A DNA stretch of 54,211 nt, taken from contig DASSXV010000015.1 of the NCBI GenBank assembly GCA_035703635.1, forward strand, positions 1 to 54,211, read 5' to 3'. Each line of letters starts with the position of its first letter. The first letter of the stretch is position 1. Origin of the DNA: Trueperaceae bacterium (GTDB lineage Bacteria > Deinococcota > Deinococci > Deinococcales > Trueperaceae). Both the position numbers and the translations under genes were made by a program. Shown one piece after another: positions 1 to 10,685 of the stretch. The notes beneath the pieces were generated by a model, which worked only from the letters and a program-made list of their open reading frames with translations, did not search any database and was not told the origin of the DNA.

Positions 1-623
1 TCGACGACGAGTTCTGGCCGTTCCTCCTTGAGGCGGTAGACGAAGTCGTAACGCAGCGGAGGGATGGTGCGGTTCTCCTTAGGGCTGAGGCCCTTCAACC
101 ACGCCTTGCGCGCGTGCACGATGAAAGCGTCGGCTCCAGCCCCTGTAACCGTGTCGACGAAGGCGAGCATCTCCTCGAAGGACTCCTGCTCGTCAACCCC
201 GAGGCGGTGCTTGACGGTGACGGGCACGTCGACGGCGTCACGCATCGCCGCAACCGAGGCAGCGACCCTCACCGGGTCCTTCATCAGGCAGGCACCGAAG
301 TTGCCGCTCGTGACGCGGTTGGAGGGGCAACCCACGTTGAGGTTGATCTCGGCGTAGCCGTGCTCCACCCCGATGATGGCAGCGCGCGCCAGCAGGTCCG
401 GATCGTCGCCGCCGAGCTGCAGCACCACCGGCCCCTCGACGGGGCTGAACGCCAGCAGACGCTCGCGGTCACCGTGAATGGCGGCGTTGGCCGTCACCAT
501 CTCGCTATAGAGGAGCGTGCTGCGCGTTATGCCACGCAGCAGATAGCGGAAGTGACGGTCGGTGAGGTCGAGCATGGGCGCCACAGACAGCGGCCGTGGC
601 GCTTGGCGTCTGAGGGCGTTCAG
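1..623 (-). CDS. dusA: tRNA-dihydrouridine(20/20a) synthase DusA, 5' part (runs off the window)
   Basis: Not in the ORF track. Minus-strand frame reads [16 protein letters not shown]...LYSEMV...LQLGGDDP...[10 protein letters not shown]...FGACLM...VTVKHRLG...[23 protein letters not shown]. Start inferred at CTG 623, overlapping the ispH stop. Confidence 0.9.
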   Translation of the reverse strand, partial: MNALRRQAPRPLSVAPMLDLTDRHFRYLLRGITRSTLLYSEMVTANAAIHGDRERLLAFSPVEGPVVLQLGGDDPDLLARAAIIGVEHGYAEINLNVGCPSNRVTSGNFGACLMKDPVRVAASVAAMRDAVDVPVTVKHRLGVDEQESFEEMLAFVDTVTGAGADAFIVHARKAWLKGLSPKENRTIPPLRYDFVYRLKEERPELVV

Positions 624-1654
624 GCCAGCGACTCCGCGCCAGCCGGCGCTACTTTGCGGGGTTTGCGGAAGACGATGTTCTCCCACTCGCCCTGCTCGAC
701 GACCTCGAGGTCTGGGTTGGCGGCGCGGAAGTACTCGACGACCTCCTGCACCAGATCATCAGGACTGCTGGCTGCCGAGCTCAAGCCCACAGACGTTGCG
801 CCTGCGAACCACTCCGGCCGCAAGTCCTTGACTGACTCGATGCGATGAGCGTTGCCAGTAAGGTCAGCTGCCAACTCGAGGAGCCGCATGCCGTTCGAAC
901 TAGCCGCGCTCGTGACTACCAGGAACACGTCAGCGTGCTCTGCGATGGCGCGGACCGCGTCCTGGCGGTTCTTGGTTGCGAAACACAAGTCGTCGGACGG
1001 TGGCACGACTAGCTCGGGGAAACGCTCCTTGAGGAGATCGACGGTGCGCATGGTGTCGTCAACAGACAGGGTCGTCTGGGTGATGACGACGACGCGTGTC
1101 GGGTCGGGCACCGTGACGGTGCGCGGGTCCGCGAGGCCTGGGTCGTGCTTGCGGTTGCCTAGCACCGCCACCACCGTCGTCTGATCCGGTGCCTCGCCAA
1201 GGGTGCCAACGACCTCCTGATGGTGCGTGGAATCGCCGACCAAGAGGATGTGGAAGCCCTGGGCGGCGTACTTCTTCGCCTCGTTGTGCACCTTCGTTAC
1301 GAGCGGGCAGGTCGCGTCTATGGTCGTGAGGCCCAACGCGTTCGCCTCGCGTCGCACGACTGGGCTTACGCCGTGCGCGCTGAAGACCACCGTGGAACCG
1401 ATCGTCCTGCCCTCTGCCGCCGCGGCCGCTCGCGCGGCCTCGAGGTCTTCTAGCCGCTCCACGAAGGTGACACGGTGATCGTCCTCGAGCCGCTCAACGA
1501 CCGTGCGGTTGTGCACGATGTCGTGGTACACGGCGATATCCCCTTCGCCCGCGGCGCGGGCCTCGATAGCAGCTTCCTTCACGGCGTCGATCGCCATGAC
1601 TACGCCAGCGCAGAAACCGCGTGGCTTGGCGAGGTAAAGACGAGCGATGGTCAC
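620..1654 (-). CDS. ispH: 4-hydroxy-3-methylbut-2-enyl diphosphate reductase
   Basis: [44 protein letters not shown] and SSN motifs; TAGAAT 6 nt before the GTG. Confidence 0.97.
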   Translation of the reverse strand: MTIARLYLAKPRGFCAGVVMAIDAVKEAAIEARAAGEGDIAVYHDIVHNRTVVERLEDDHRVTFVERLEDLEAARAAAAAEGRTIGSTVVFSAHGVSPVVRREANALGLTTIDATCPLVTKVHNEAKKYAAQGFHILLVGDSTHHQEVVGTLGEAPDQTTVVAVLGNRKHDPGLADPRTVTVPDPTRVVVITQTTLSVDDTMRTVDLLKERFPELVVPPSDDLCFATKNRQDAVRAIAEHADVFLVVTSAASSNGMRLLELAADLTGNAHRIESVKDLRPEWFAGATSVGLSSAASSPDDLVQEVVEYFRAANPDLEVVEQGEWENIVFRKPRKVAPAGAESLA

Positions 1655-1738
1655 GGCGGCATTCTACCGGTGCTCTGCCGCGCTGCCCGTCGCGCTGGAA
1701 CCTAAGGGCGCGGCGACGCGTGGCACGCACGCGAGCGG

Positions 1739-1767
1739 TTGCGCGCCTCATGGCCTCGTGATATCCT
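1739..1767 (+). promoter_or_regulatory. sigma70-type promoter of tRNA-Ile
   Basis: TTGCGC-17 nt-TATCCT with an extended TG. Confidence 0.55.
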
Positions 1768-1825
1768 CCGCTTCGCTCAGGGAGCGCAGAGACTGCGCGT
1801 TGGGTTGCCCCCGAGGAGCGTCCGT

Positions 1826-1902
1826 GGGCGATTAGCTCAGCTGGTTAGAGCGCGTCGCTGATAACGACGAGGTCAGTGGTTCGAGTCCACTATCGCCCAC
1901 CA
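1826..1902 (+). tRNA. tRNA-Ile(GAT)
   Basis: Cloverleaf GGGCGAT...ATCGCCC-A-CCA, anticodon arm CGTCG-CTGATAA-CGACG, T-loop GTTCGAGTC. Confidence 0.97.
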
Positions 1903-1924
1903 CAACGAAGTAGCCGAACTAGAC

Positions 1925-1955
1925 GTAGCGCGAGGCCACCCCTGCCTCGCGCTAC
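1925..1955. terminator. hairpin between convergent tRNA-Ile and the protease gene
   Basis: 12-bp perfect stem GTAGCGCGAGGC/GCCTCGCGCTAC. Confidence 0.6.
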
Positions 1956-1973
1956 TCGCGTTGTATTCGTTGC

Positions 1974-3332
1974 TCAGCTACCTGCGAAGATCGCGGTGCT
2001 AGCCGCCAGCTTCATCTCTAGCCTGAAGGTAGCGTTGCCGCGCTGGACGGTAAGGGTGACGACATCCCCGATGTTCTGGCTGCGGATGAGGGCAAGTAGG
2101 TCGTAGAAGGTCGGTGTCGGCGTGCCGTTGACGGCCACGATGACGTCCGCGACGGGCTCGAGCGTCACCGTACCGTCTTCGTTCACGACCGTCTCCTGCT
2201 GCAGTCCCTTGAGGCCAGCCAGGTCGGCGGGGCCACCTGGTGCGACACTATCGACGATCGGTCCTGGGCGTGAGCCTAGGTAATGAGGGCTCTTCGCTGG
2301 GTCGTAATCAAGCCCGTCGCGCCAGCGGAAGCCAACCACGGGCACGTCTCGCCGTTGCCCAGCTAGCACGGCGTCCACGAGATCGCTGCGCTGCGTGACT
2401 GGCACGGCGTAACCGGCGAAATCACGGGCAAGGCTCAGGCCTTGCAGGAACGGCGGCACGTACGACTGCGAGCTCATGGCGTTGGGGTTGAAGCTGATGT
2501 AACTGACGACGCCAACGGCTTCGCCGCGCGCGTTGATGACGGGGCCACCGGAGTCGCCTGGCGCGAGCGAGTTAGTCAGTTCGATGGTGTCGCTCGCGAA
2601 GTCCGCGCGGCCCGCTTGCACACCAAGGCGCGTAACCCTACCTGCGCGTGCGCCCATGAAGTCGTCGCGGCTGTTGCCGATGGCGACTACGCCCGTGCCA
2701 GGGCTCGGCAAGCGCGCCGCGAGCGGGATGAACGGCACTGGACTGCGCACGTCAGCTTTGAGGGCAGCCAGGTCCATGTAGGCGTCGAAGCCGACAAGCT
2801 CGAGGTTGTACTCCTGGCGTTCGGTGGTTACGGCCACGAGCCTAGCGCGGCACGGGGCGGTGGTTTCTGCCGTAACGACGTGATACGCCGTGAGCAGCAG
2901 GCCATCCTCTGAGACGAAGAAGCCCGTCCCAACCCCGAGCACATGGCTGCCTGCGCCGATGCAGCGCGCCTCGAGCCTCACCGTGGCGTCTCGCGCCTTG
3001 TCGAAAACGGTCAGGAGTTGCCCGGTCGGCGCCTCGATGGCGGGTGAGGTGCCTGCCACGTGCATGAGCTGCGGTTCTGGCCGCAGTTGGCTACCTAGGA
3101 CCGCCGTGAGCGCTAGGAGCGCGAGCAGCACCCAAGTGAAGGCCCGGACCTGCCGCAGGCGCTTGACGCCGGGCCCTGGAGGGGTTGCGTCAGCCGGTTG
3201 GTCGGGGTAACCGTGAACCGCGGCTCCTTCGTAGCGTCCTTCGTTGTCGCTCGACGCACGCAAGCTGTGTTCGTCGCTCGTCAGCTGATTCTCATCTGGA
3301 AGCTGCCGTGGCTGGCCTTCACTCGGGTCCAT
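1974..3332 (-). CDS. HtrA/DegP-like S1C serine protease with TM anchor and PDZ domain
   Basis: GTGFFVS, LLTAYHVV (His), DLAAL (Asp), GDSGGP (Ser), C-terminal PDZ. Start set at ATG 3332 with CATAAT 6 nt upstream. Confidence 0.88.
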   Translation of the reverse strand: MDPSEGQPRQLPDENQLTSDEHSLRASSDNEGRYEGAAVHGYPDQPADATPPGPGVKRLRQVRAFTWVLLALLALTAVLGSQLRPEPQLMHVAGTSPAIEAPTGQLLTVFDKARDATVRLEARCIGAGSHVLGVGTGFFVSEDGLLLTAYHVVTAETTAPCRARLVAVTTERQEYNLELVGFDAYMDLAALKADVRSPVPFIPLAARLPSPGTGVVAIGNSRDDFMGARAGRVTRLGVQAGRADFASDTIELTNSLAPGDSGGPVINARGEAVGVVSYISFNPNAMSSQSYVPPFLQGLSLARDFAGYAVPVTQRSDLVDAVLAGQRRDVPVVGFRWRDGLDYDPAKSPHYLGSRPGPIVDSVAPGGPADLAGLKGLQQETVVNEDGTVTLEPVADVIVAVNGTPTPTFYDLLALIRSQNIGDVVTLTVQRGNATFRLEMKLAASTAIFAGS

Positions 3333-3379
3333 GGTCACATTATGAGGGGCTTTCGCGACAGCCAAGTATCATGCGTCGC

Positions 3380-4381
3380 ATGTCTCATTTCGTGAATAAC
3401 CATGGGAATGCCGATTACGCTGCCGTGCTACGCGAGATGGCCGCTCGCGCACGCGCTTGGCAGGGTCCCATGGTGATCGTTGCTCACGTTGATCCCGACG
3501 GTGACGCGTTAGGCAGCGCCTTGGCTCTCGCTCGCGCGCTGCGTGCGCTTGGCAAGTCCGTCGCCGTGCCCCTCACGCCCCCGGCGTACTTGGCCTTCCT
3601 GGCGGAGGAAGGCGAGTTGTCTGCGCCGCTACCGGAGCTGCGGCCGGGAACGCTCCTGTTCGTCCTCGATGTCGGCGAGCCACGGCGTGCGGCCGGGGCG
3701 CCGTTGGAGGGCGCCGCGGCCATATTCAACCTCGATCACCACGGCACCAACGCGCGTTTCGGTGACCTTGCCGTCGTAGAACCAAGTAAGGCCGCGACTG
3801 CCGTGCTCATCAAGGAGTTCATCGACGCGCTTGGCGTCACCTGGTCGAGTGACATGGCCACCGCCTGCTTGGCTGGGCTCTTGTCCGACACCGGCAACTT
3901 CCGTTTCGGGAACACCAACCGCGAGGTGCTCACTGTCGCGGGCGAGCTTATCGACGTTGGCGTCGATTACGTCGCGCTTACGGATCGGCTGCAGTGGCGG
4001 GACACGAGCTACTTCGGGTTGCTCGCCAAGGTCATGGCGACGGTCAAGTTCGCCTTCGACGGGCGCCTGATTTATGCGGAGCTGACGGACGCGATGCGTG
4101 ACGGAGACGCCGACGATGATTCCGACGATTTCGTTGGCGTCATCCGCTACGCAGAGGGCGCCAACGTAGCCGTGCTGCTTAAAGAGCGCGGCGCAACCGT
4201 GAAGGTCAGCGTTAGGACGCGCGACGGCGTTTCTGCGCAGCGCATCTGCCTGGCGCTTGGCGGCGGCGGGCACGTGGCAGCGGCTGGCGCCACCATCACG
4301 GGCACCATGGCGGAGGCGGAGGTCAAGATGTTGACCGCCGTCGAAGCGGAACTTAACCGCACATCGGGGGCTAGGAGTTGA
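3380..4381 (+). CDS. nrnA: DHH/DHHA1 phosphoesterase, NrnA-like oligoribonuclease/PAP phosphatase
   Basis: HVDPDGDALGS, LDHH, SDTGNF, GGGGHVAAAG; TATCAT 7 nt before ATG 3380. Confidence 0.85.
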   Translation: MSHFVNNHGNADYAAVLREMAARARAWQGPMVIVAHVDPDGDALGSALALARALRALGKSVAVPLTPPAYLAFLAEEGELSAPLPELRPGTLLFVLDVGEPRRAAGAPLEGAAAIFNLDHHGTNARFGDLAVVEPSKAATAVLIKEFIDALGVTWSSDMATACLAGLLSDTGNFRFGNTNREVLTVAGELIDVGVDYVALTDRLQWRDTSYFGLLAKVMATVKFAFDGRLIYAELTDAMRDGDADDDSDDFVGVIRYAEGANVAVLLKERGATVKVSVRTRDGVSAQRICLALGGGGHVAAAGATITGTMAEAEVKMLTAVEAELNRTSGARS

Positions 4382-4423
4382 GGCCCAGGCCAGACCAGCC
4401 GCGCCACTGAACGTGCGAAGGTC

Positions 4424-5287
4424 TTAGGCGCCTAGGTGCGCAAGGCGCTGAGCAGCGGCTGCAAGGTCGGGCAGCGCCGTCATGTCCGGCGCCACGGCGA
4501 GACCCTCGGCGGCGAGCCAGGGGAGCACGTGCTCCGTTGGGAGGTTGCCTACGAGTTCGTCTGCCGCGAAAGGACAGCCGCCAACGCCTCCAAGTGCGCC
4601 CTCGAACCACCTGACGCCGTAGCGCAAGGCAACGGCCAGCTTGTCGCGCCAAGCGCCCGGGGCGGCGTGCAAGTGCAAGCCCAGGCCGCCCGGCTCTGGC
4701 ACGGCGTCTAGAACGGCCTCGATTGCGGCGGCGTTGGCGTTCCCCAGCGTGTCCGCCACCGCAATGCGCTTGATGCCTGCGGCCCGCAGGCGCGCCACCG
4801 CCGCGGCGGTGGTGGCCGGGCTCCACGAGTCGCCATACGGGTTGCCGAAGCCCATCGAGAGGTAGACGACCAACTCGATACCAAACGCTTTGGCCTGCTG
4901 TTCGAGTTCCGTTACCAACTCCCACGACTCGGCGACTGAACGGCCAACGTTGCGCTGCTGAAACGTGTCACTGACCGACAGCGGGTAGCCCACGCTCGTC
5001 ACGCCGTTCGCAGCGCGAGCGCGTGCCAGCCCCCGCTCATTGGCGATGATGCATAAGAGGTCGACGCCGGGGCCTGCGACTAGGTCACTAAGAAGCGCCT
5101 CCGTGTCTGCCATCTGCGGCACCGCCTTCGGCGACACGAAACTCCCCAGATCGAGGTGGTCGAAGCCTGCTGCCAACAGGTCTTGGATGTGCCGCAGCTT
5201 GGCGCTCGTCGAAGGAACGTGCTTGAGGCCCTGCCACGCGTCGCGCGGGCACTCGACCCAAGTGACTTGGTCAGGGACTGAGATCAT
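4424..5287 (-). CDS. hydroxymethylglutaryl-CoA lyase
   Basis: ECPRDAWQG, GSFVSPKAVPQMAD, LHLH, GGVGGCPFA, GNLPTE. Confidence 0.9.
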   Translation of the reverse strand: MISVPDQVTWVECPRDAWQGLKHVPSTSAKLRHIQDLLAAGFDHLDLGSFVSPKAVPQMADTEALLSDLVAGPGVDLLCIIANERGLARARAANGVTSVGYPLSVSDTFQQRNVGRSVAESWELVTELEQQAKAFGIELVVYLSMGFGNPYGDSWSPATTAAAVARLRAAGIKRIAVADTLGNANAAAIEAVLDAVPEPGGLGLHLHAAPGAWRDKLAVALRYGVRWFEGALGGVGGCPFAADELVGNLPTEHVLPWLAAEGLAVAPDMTALPDLAAAAQRLAHLGA

Positions 5288-5408
5288 GGCTCAGTCTAGC
5301 CAGCACGCCGCGGCGATACGGTAACGGCATCGGCTACGGCCTAGTTACTCTAGGCGGCTGCCCCGGCTCCCTACCGCGCTTCCGCCGCCGTTATCTATAC
5401 TTGGCAGC

Positions 5409-7070
5409 GTGTTGCAGACGCTCGAACTGCGCAACTTCGCCATCGTAGACGAGTTGGCGCTCGACCTCTCACCTGGCCTCAACGTCCTTACTGGTGAGAC
5501 CGGCGCTGGTAAGTCGATCGTGGTTGACGCGCTCGAGTTGCTCAGCGGCGGGAGGGCGGACGCCAACCTCATCCGCGCTGGCGCGGAAGCCGCCTTGGTC
5601 CAGGCGACCTTCATAGGCTCGCCGCTCACGTCGGCGTCGCGGCGCCTCTCCGCCAGCGGGCGCCACGCCGTTCGGTTGGACGGCGAACTCGTCACCGTAG
5701 CCGAGTTGGCCGAGGCAGTCGGAGAGCAGGTGCGCGTCTTCGGGCAGCACTCAGCCCAGCAACTCCTATCCCCCGCCGCCCAGCGCGAGCAACTCGACCG
5801 CCTGCTCGCCCCAGACGAACTTGCGGCACTCGCCAGCCACCGCGCCGCCTTCAACGCCTTGCAGGGCACCACCAGCGCTCTCACGCGCCTCCAGGACGCA
5901 CAGCGTGAGCGGTCACGGCGGCTCGACACCCTCGCCTTCGAACTCAAGGAGATCGCGGCAACCAACCCGCAACTTGGAGAAGACGAGCGGCTAACGGCCG
6001 AACTCGCGTCCTTGCAGCACGCGGAGCGCATAACGCAGGCGGGCGCTGGCGCGTTCGCAGCACTAGCCGGCGACGATGGCAACGCCGTTTCCTACGCCGC
6101 CGCGGCCCTTAGGGAACTCGAGACAGTGGCGCGCTACTCTCCTGCACTAGCTGCGCTAGCACGCGACCTGCGCGAGCTCGTCAGCGGCCTGGGGGCAGTA
6201 GGTGGGGAGGTCGAGGCGTTCCTCTCCGACTTCGAGGCCGACCCCCAACGCCTCGACGATGTCCAGGCACGCCTCGCGGCCCTCGAGAACCTCAAACGCA
6301 AGTACGGCCACGACCTCGAGGCCGTCGACGCCTACCGCAAGGCAGCGGCTGTCGAGGCAGAGGAACTACAGGGCGCCGACCAGGAGATAGTGCGCCTGGA
6401 AGCGCAAGCAGCGGCGCTGGCAGTCGAACTCGCAACCCTCGGGGCGAACCTAACCACGGCACGCATCGGCGCCGGCGCGGCCCTCGCAGCTGGGGTGTTA
6501 CCGCTGCTCAAGCAGCTCGGCCTGCCGAACGCACGCTTCGAGGTGGCCATAACCCCGGCGACCAAGCGCTCGCGGAACGGCCAGGACGAGATCGCTTTCA
6601 TGTTCGGCGCCAATACGGGCGAGCCATTGAAGCGCGCGTCCGACGCGGCGTCTGGCGGTGAACTCTCACGCATCATGCTCGCACTGCACCTCGTTACCGG
6701 CTCAGACTTGCCAACGGTGGCGTTCGACGAGGTCGACGCCGGCGTTGGCGGCGTGACCGCGGATCACGTTGGGTCGCTCCTCGCCCGCCTCGCCCGCGAG
6801 CGGCAAGTGCTGGTAGTCACGCACCTCGCGCAGGTAGCCGCCTTCGCGGACGCCCATTACAAGGTCGAGAAGGTCGAGGTCGACGGGCGCACCGTCACGC
6901 GCCTGCACCGACTGGAAGGAGACGAACGCACCAGCGAACTCGCGCGGCTCCTATCCGGCACCCTCACGGATGCGTCACTGCGCCACGCGAGCGAACTGCT
7001 CGAGCGCGCCCAGGCGGCAGCCGAGCGCGCTCCCACAGTGACCCCGCAGCGCGGCACGCGTCACACCTAA
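5409..7070 (+). CDS. recN: DNA repair protein RecN
   Basis: LTGETGAGKS Walker A, coiled coil, ASGGELSR signature, FDEVDAGVGG, VTHLAQVA. Confidence 0.96.
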   Translation: MLQTLELRNFAIVDELALDLSPGLNVLTGETGAGKSIVVDALELLSGGRADANLIRAGAEAALVQATFIGSPLTSASRRLSASGRHAVRLDGELVTVAELAEAVGEQVRVFGQHSAQQLLSPAAQREQLDRLLAPDELAALASHRAAFNALQGTTSALTRLQDAQRERSRRLDTLAFELKEIAATNPQLGEDERLTAELASLQHAERITQAGAGAFAALAGDDGNAVSYAAAALRELETVARYSPALAALARDLRELVSGLGAVGGEVEAFLSDFEADPQRLDDVQARLAALENLKRKYGHDLEAVDAYRKAAAVEAEELQGADQEIVRLEAQAAALAVELATLGANLTTARIGAGAALAAGVLPLLKQLGLPNARFEVAITPATKRSRNGQDEIAFMFGANTGEPLKRASDAASGGELSRIMLALHLVTGSDLPTVAFDEVDAGVGGVTADHVGSLLARLARERQVLVVTHLAQVAAFADAHYKVEKVEVDGRTVTRLHRLEGDERTSELARLLSGTLTDASLRHASELLERAQAAAERAPTVTPQRGTRHT

Positions 7071-7135
7071 GCCACATGGCCACTGCGCTATGCTTGAGTT
7101 CATGGAGTCGCGCTCGCGCCATTCTGGAGTCGCTG

Positions 7136-7399
7136 ATGGTGGACGCTGAAGGCCGCCACAACGGCGATCCGTGCCCGCGGTGCGGCGGCGTGGCAACCAT
7201 CACCTACTACTACAACGAGGGGTTCGAGGAGCTCGAGTGCCCGGAATGCGGCTACTCATCCGAAGCCGCGGAACTTGACGCGCTCGCACGCTACGAATCC
7301 GAACTCGTCGAGGCTGGCGTCAGGCGCTCAGACGCTCGGCCCGGCGCCGGTCCCCAACCCGACTCGCCGCCGTACCCACGGCGCAGCCTCAAGGCATAG
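7136..7399 (+). CDS. small zinc-ribbon hypothetical protein
   Basis: CPRCGG...LECPECGY; GGAG RBS before ATG 7136. Confidence 0.7.
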   Translation: MVDAEGRHNGDPCPRCGGVATITYYYNEGFEELECPECGYSSEAAELDALARYESELVEAGVRRSDARPGAGPQPDSPPYPRRSLKA

Positions 7400-7416
7400 C
7401 TCGTGCAGGACGTCGC

Positions 7417-7452
7417 CAGAACCCACCGCTCAAGGCCGTGCGGTGGGTTCTG
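7417..7452 (+). terminator. intrinsic terminator-like hairpin
   Basis: 13-bp perfect stem CAGAACCCACCGC/GCGGTGGGTTCTG followed by TTCATGT. Confidence 0.65.
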
Positions 7453-7554
7453 TTCATGTCTGGCCGGAACACGGTCGCAGTTAGGTAAGAAACGAGGGGT
7501 CGAGCGCCCGCAGCGCCGAAGCGCCGCCGCCGCAGTGCCCCGGAGGGAGAAAGC

Positions 7555-7968
7555 ATGGACGTGAAGGTCGTTCTCAGCTCGGAGGAGATCATCCGCGGGC
7601 TTAAGCACTACCGGCGCATCGCCAAGCAAGACCTGCTCCGGGCGCCAGAGACCGTCAACCCAGACGCCTTCCGCACGCATGCCGAGGCGCGGCGCAGCGT
7701 CTACGCGGAACTCAGCCAGATAGCCGAGGTAAGCAGCCCTGGCGAAGTCGCAGCCGCTGCCCTCCACGCGTACAAGGCGCTGCCGTTCGTGACGGGCTCG
7801 GAGCGGCCAGAACACACCGAGATCAAGGGCCGCGAGAACGCGCTAGAGAACTTCTTCCTCATGATCGGACTCGAGAAGCGCATCCAGCGCGAGGCGCGCA
7901 GCATGCGGCCAACCCTGAACTCGCTTACCAACCAGGCTAGTCCTGACGTAGCTGCCGAAGCGGGCTGA
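7555..7968 (+). CDS. hypothetical protein
   Basis: GGAGGGAG RBS, typical codon usage, no recognised motif. Confidence 0.75.
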   Translation: MDVKVVLSSEEIIRGLKHYRRIAKQDLLRAPETVNPDAFRTHAEARRSVYAELSQIAEVSSPGEVAAAALHAYKALPFVTGSERPEHTEIKGRENALENFFLMIGLEKRIQREARSMRPTLNSLTNQASPDVAAEAG

Positions 7969-8033
7969 ACGACCGCAGCAGCAGGGCTCCTTAGCGTCCT
8001 GAGCGGCATCTGGGGCGTGGTACAACGGGGCCC

Positions 8034-8648
8034 GTGACGCTAGCTGACTTAGAGCGCCTGGCCGCCGAGCGTCCAGAAGCGCTGCATGAACTCTCTGAAA
8101 ACCTCGTGTTCGGGGAAGGCAACCCGGACGCGCAGTTGGTGCTGGTGGGCGAAGCCCCAGGCGAGGACGAGGACCTCAGTGGGCGGCCGTTCGTTGGCCG
8201 CGCGGGCCAACTCCTCGACAAGGTGCTCGCGTCGGTTGGCATCGACCGCGACGAGGTCTACATCACCAACATCGTCAAGTTCCGCCCGCCAGACAACCGT
8301 AACCCTCGCCCAGAAGAGGTCGCGGCAGGCGAGTGGGTGCTCCTCGAACAACTGAAGATCATCAAGCCGCAGATCATCGTGCCGCTGGGTAACGTGCCGA
8401 CGCAGTACTTTCTGCACACGAAAGAAGGCATCACCAAGACGCGCGGCAAGTGGCATGAATGGCACGACATCCAAGTCTTCCCGCTATTTCACCCCGCCTA
8501 CTTACTACGTAACGCCAGCCGCGAACGCGGCGCGCCTAAGTGGATAACCTGGAACGACATGAAGGAACTCAAGCGGGCGCTCGACGCTCTGCCGCCAAAG
8601 GATCACGCCTTCCACCTGGATACCGCCGAGCAAGGAGCGCTCTTCTGA
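8034..8648 (+). CDS. family-4 uracil-DNA glycosylase (cysteine-free)
   Basis: VFGEGN, VGEAPG, GRPFVGRAGQLL, YITNIVK.RPP.NR.P, FHPAYLLRN. Confidence 0.92.
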   Translation: MTLADLERLAAERPEALHELSENLVFGEGNPDAQLVLVGEAPGEDEDLSGRPFVGRAGQLLDKVLASVGIDRDEVYITNIVKFRPPDNRNPRPEEVAAGEWVLLEQLKIIKPQIIVPLGNVPTQYFLHTKEGITKTRGKWHEWHDIQVFPLFHPAYLLRNASRERGAPKWITWNDMKELKRALDALPPKDHAFHLDTAEQGALF

Positions 8649-9013
8649 CCCCCACCGAGAACCAAGAGGCCGCAACCAGCGAAGTACAGCGCCAAGCAGA
8701 AACCGAAGCCAGCGTCCGCTTCGTTGGGCTGATTCACGCACTGAGGGCGTCAGCAGAGGCGGCGATGGGCGACGACAGCAGCCCGCTACGGCTAGCGAGC
8801 CGCGACGGCGTAGCGGGCCGCAAGGCCGCGCGCCGCAGCCTCGACCTGCTCGAGATGCTACAAGTCAAGACGCTAGGCAACCTAGAACCTGGTGAGCGCG
8901 ACGCCCTCTGGTCTGCATTACGCGCCGTGCGCGAGCGGCTGCAGGAGACGGCAGGCGAACTGCCCGTGCTGGACGCCTCAAGCGCCGGCCTGCTAACAGA
9001 CGACCAAGCGTGA
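8645..9013 (+). CDS. DUF1844-like small protein
   Basis: F.GLI.AL...A..AMG...ARRSLDLLEMLQVKTLGNL..E pattern; start inferred at CTG 8645 with GGAG 7 nt upstream. Confidence 0.65.
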   Translation: MTPTENQEAATSEVQRQAETEASVRFVGLIHALRASAEAAMGDDSSPLRLASRDGVAGRKAARRSLDLLEMLQVKTLGNLEPGERDALWSALRAVRERLQETAGELPVLDASSAGLLTDDQA

Positions 9014-9462
9014 GAGCGTTAGTGCAGCGTGTTAGCCGGGCGGCCGTCCGCGTCGAGGCTCGCACCGTCGGTGAGATCGGCGCCGGCTTCCTCGTACTCC
9101 TCGGTGTGCAACCAGGCGACGATGCCGAGCTGGCTAAGCGCCTCGCTGACAAGGTCCGCAAGCTGCGCGTGTTCGAAGACGAAGCAGGCAAGATGAACCT
9201 GAGCCTCGAGCAGGTCGGGGGTGCCTGCCTGGTTGTCAGTCAGTTCACCCTCTACGGCAACGCCAAGGACGGCAACCGCCCAGGCTTCAGCGGCGCCGCG
9301 CGCCCTGAAGTGGCCGAGCCGCTCTACCTGGAGTTCGTGGCCGCCCTCAGGCAAGCTGGCGTGGCGGTGGCAACGGGCGAGTTCGGCGCCATGATGGACG
9401 TCGAGCTAGTCAACTCGGGTCCAACTACCCTGTGGTTAGACACGGCCGAGCTGTTCAGCTAG
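9010..9462 (+). CDS. dtd: D-aminoacyl-tRNA deacylase
   Basis: MRALVQRVSRA, LRVFEDEAGKMN, VSQFTL, GNRPGF, FGAMM.VELVNSGP. Confidence 0.97.
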   Translation: MRALVQRVSRAAVRVEARTVGEIGAGFLVLLGVQPGDDAELAKRLADKVRKLRVFEDEAGKMNLSLEQVGGACLVVSQFTLYGNAKDGNRPGFSGAARPEVAEPLYLEFVAALRQAGVAVATGEFGAMMDVELVNSGPTTLWLDTAELFS

Positions 9463-9467
9463 CGAAA

Positions 9468-9488
9468 GGGCGGGCAGCTTGCCCGCCC
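9468..9488 (-). terminator. terminator hairpin after carA, convergent with dtd
   Basis: GGGCGGGCA/TGCCCGCCC stem followed by TTTCG on the minus strand. Confidence 0.6.
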
Positions 9489-9508
9489 GGACGAACGCCA
9501 GCTGTGAG

Positions 9509-10657
<1,149 letters not shown>

Positions 10658-10685
10658 TCCGTCACGCACATTAGCAGGTAGCGCC

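Noticed and set aside
114-848. 244-aa plus-strand ORF and many similar long antisense ORFs (e.g. 25573-26718, 25691-26608, 15121-15906, 52196-53014)
   Set aside because: Shadow frames of well-supported genes on the opposite strand, expected at high GC
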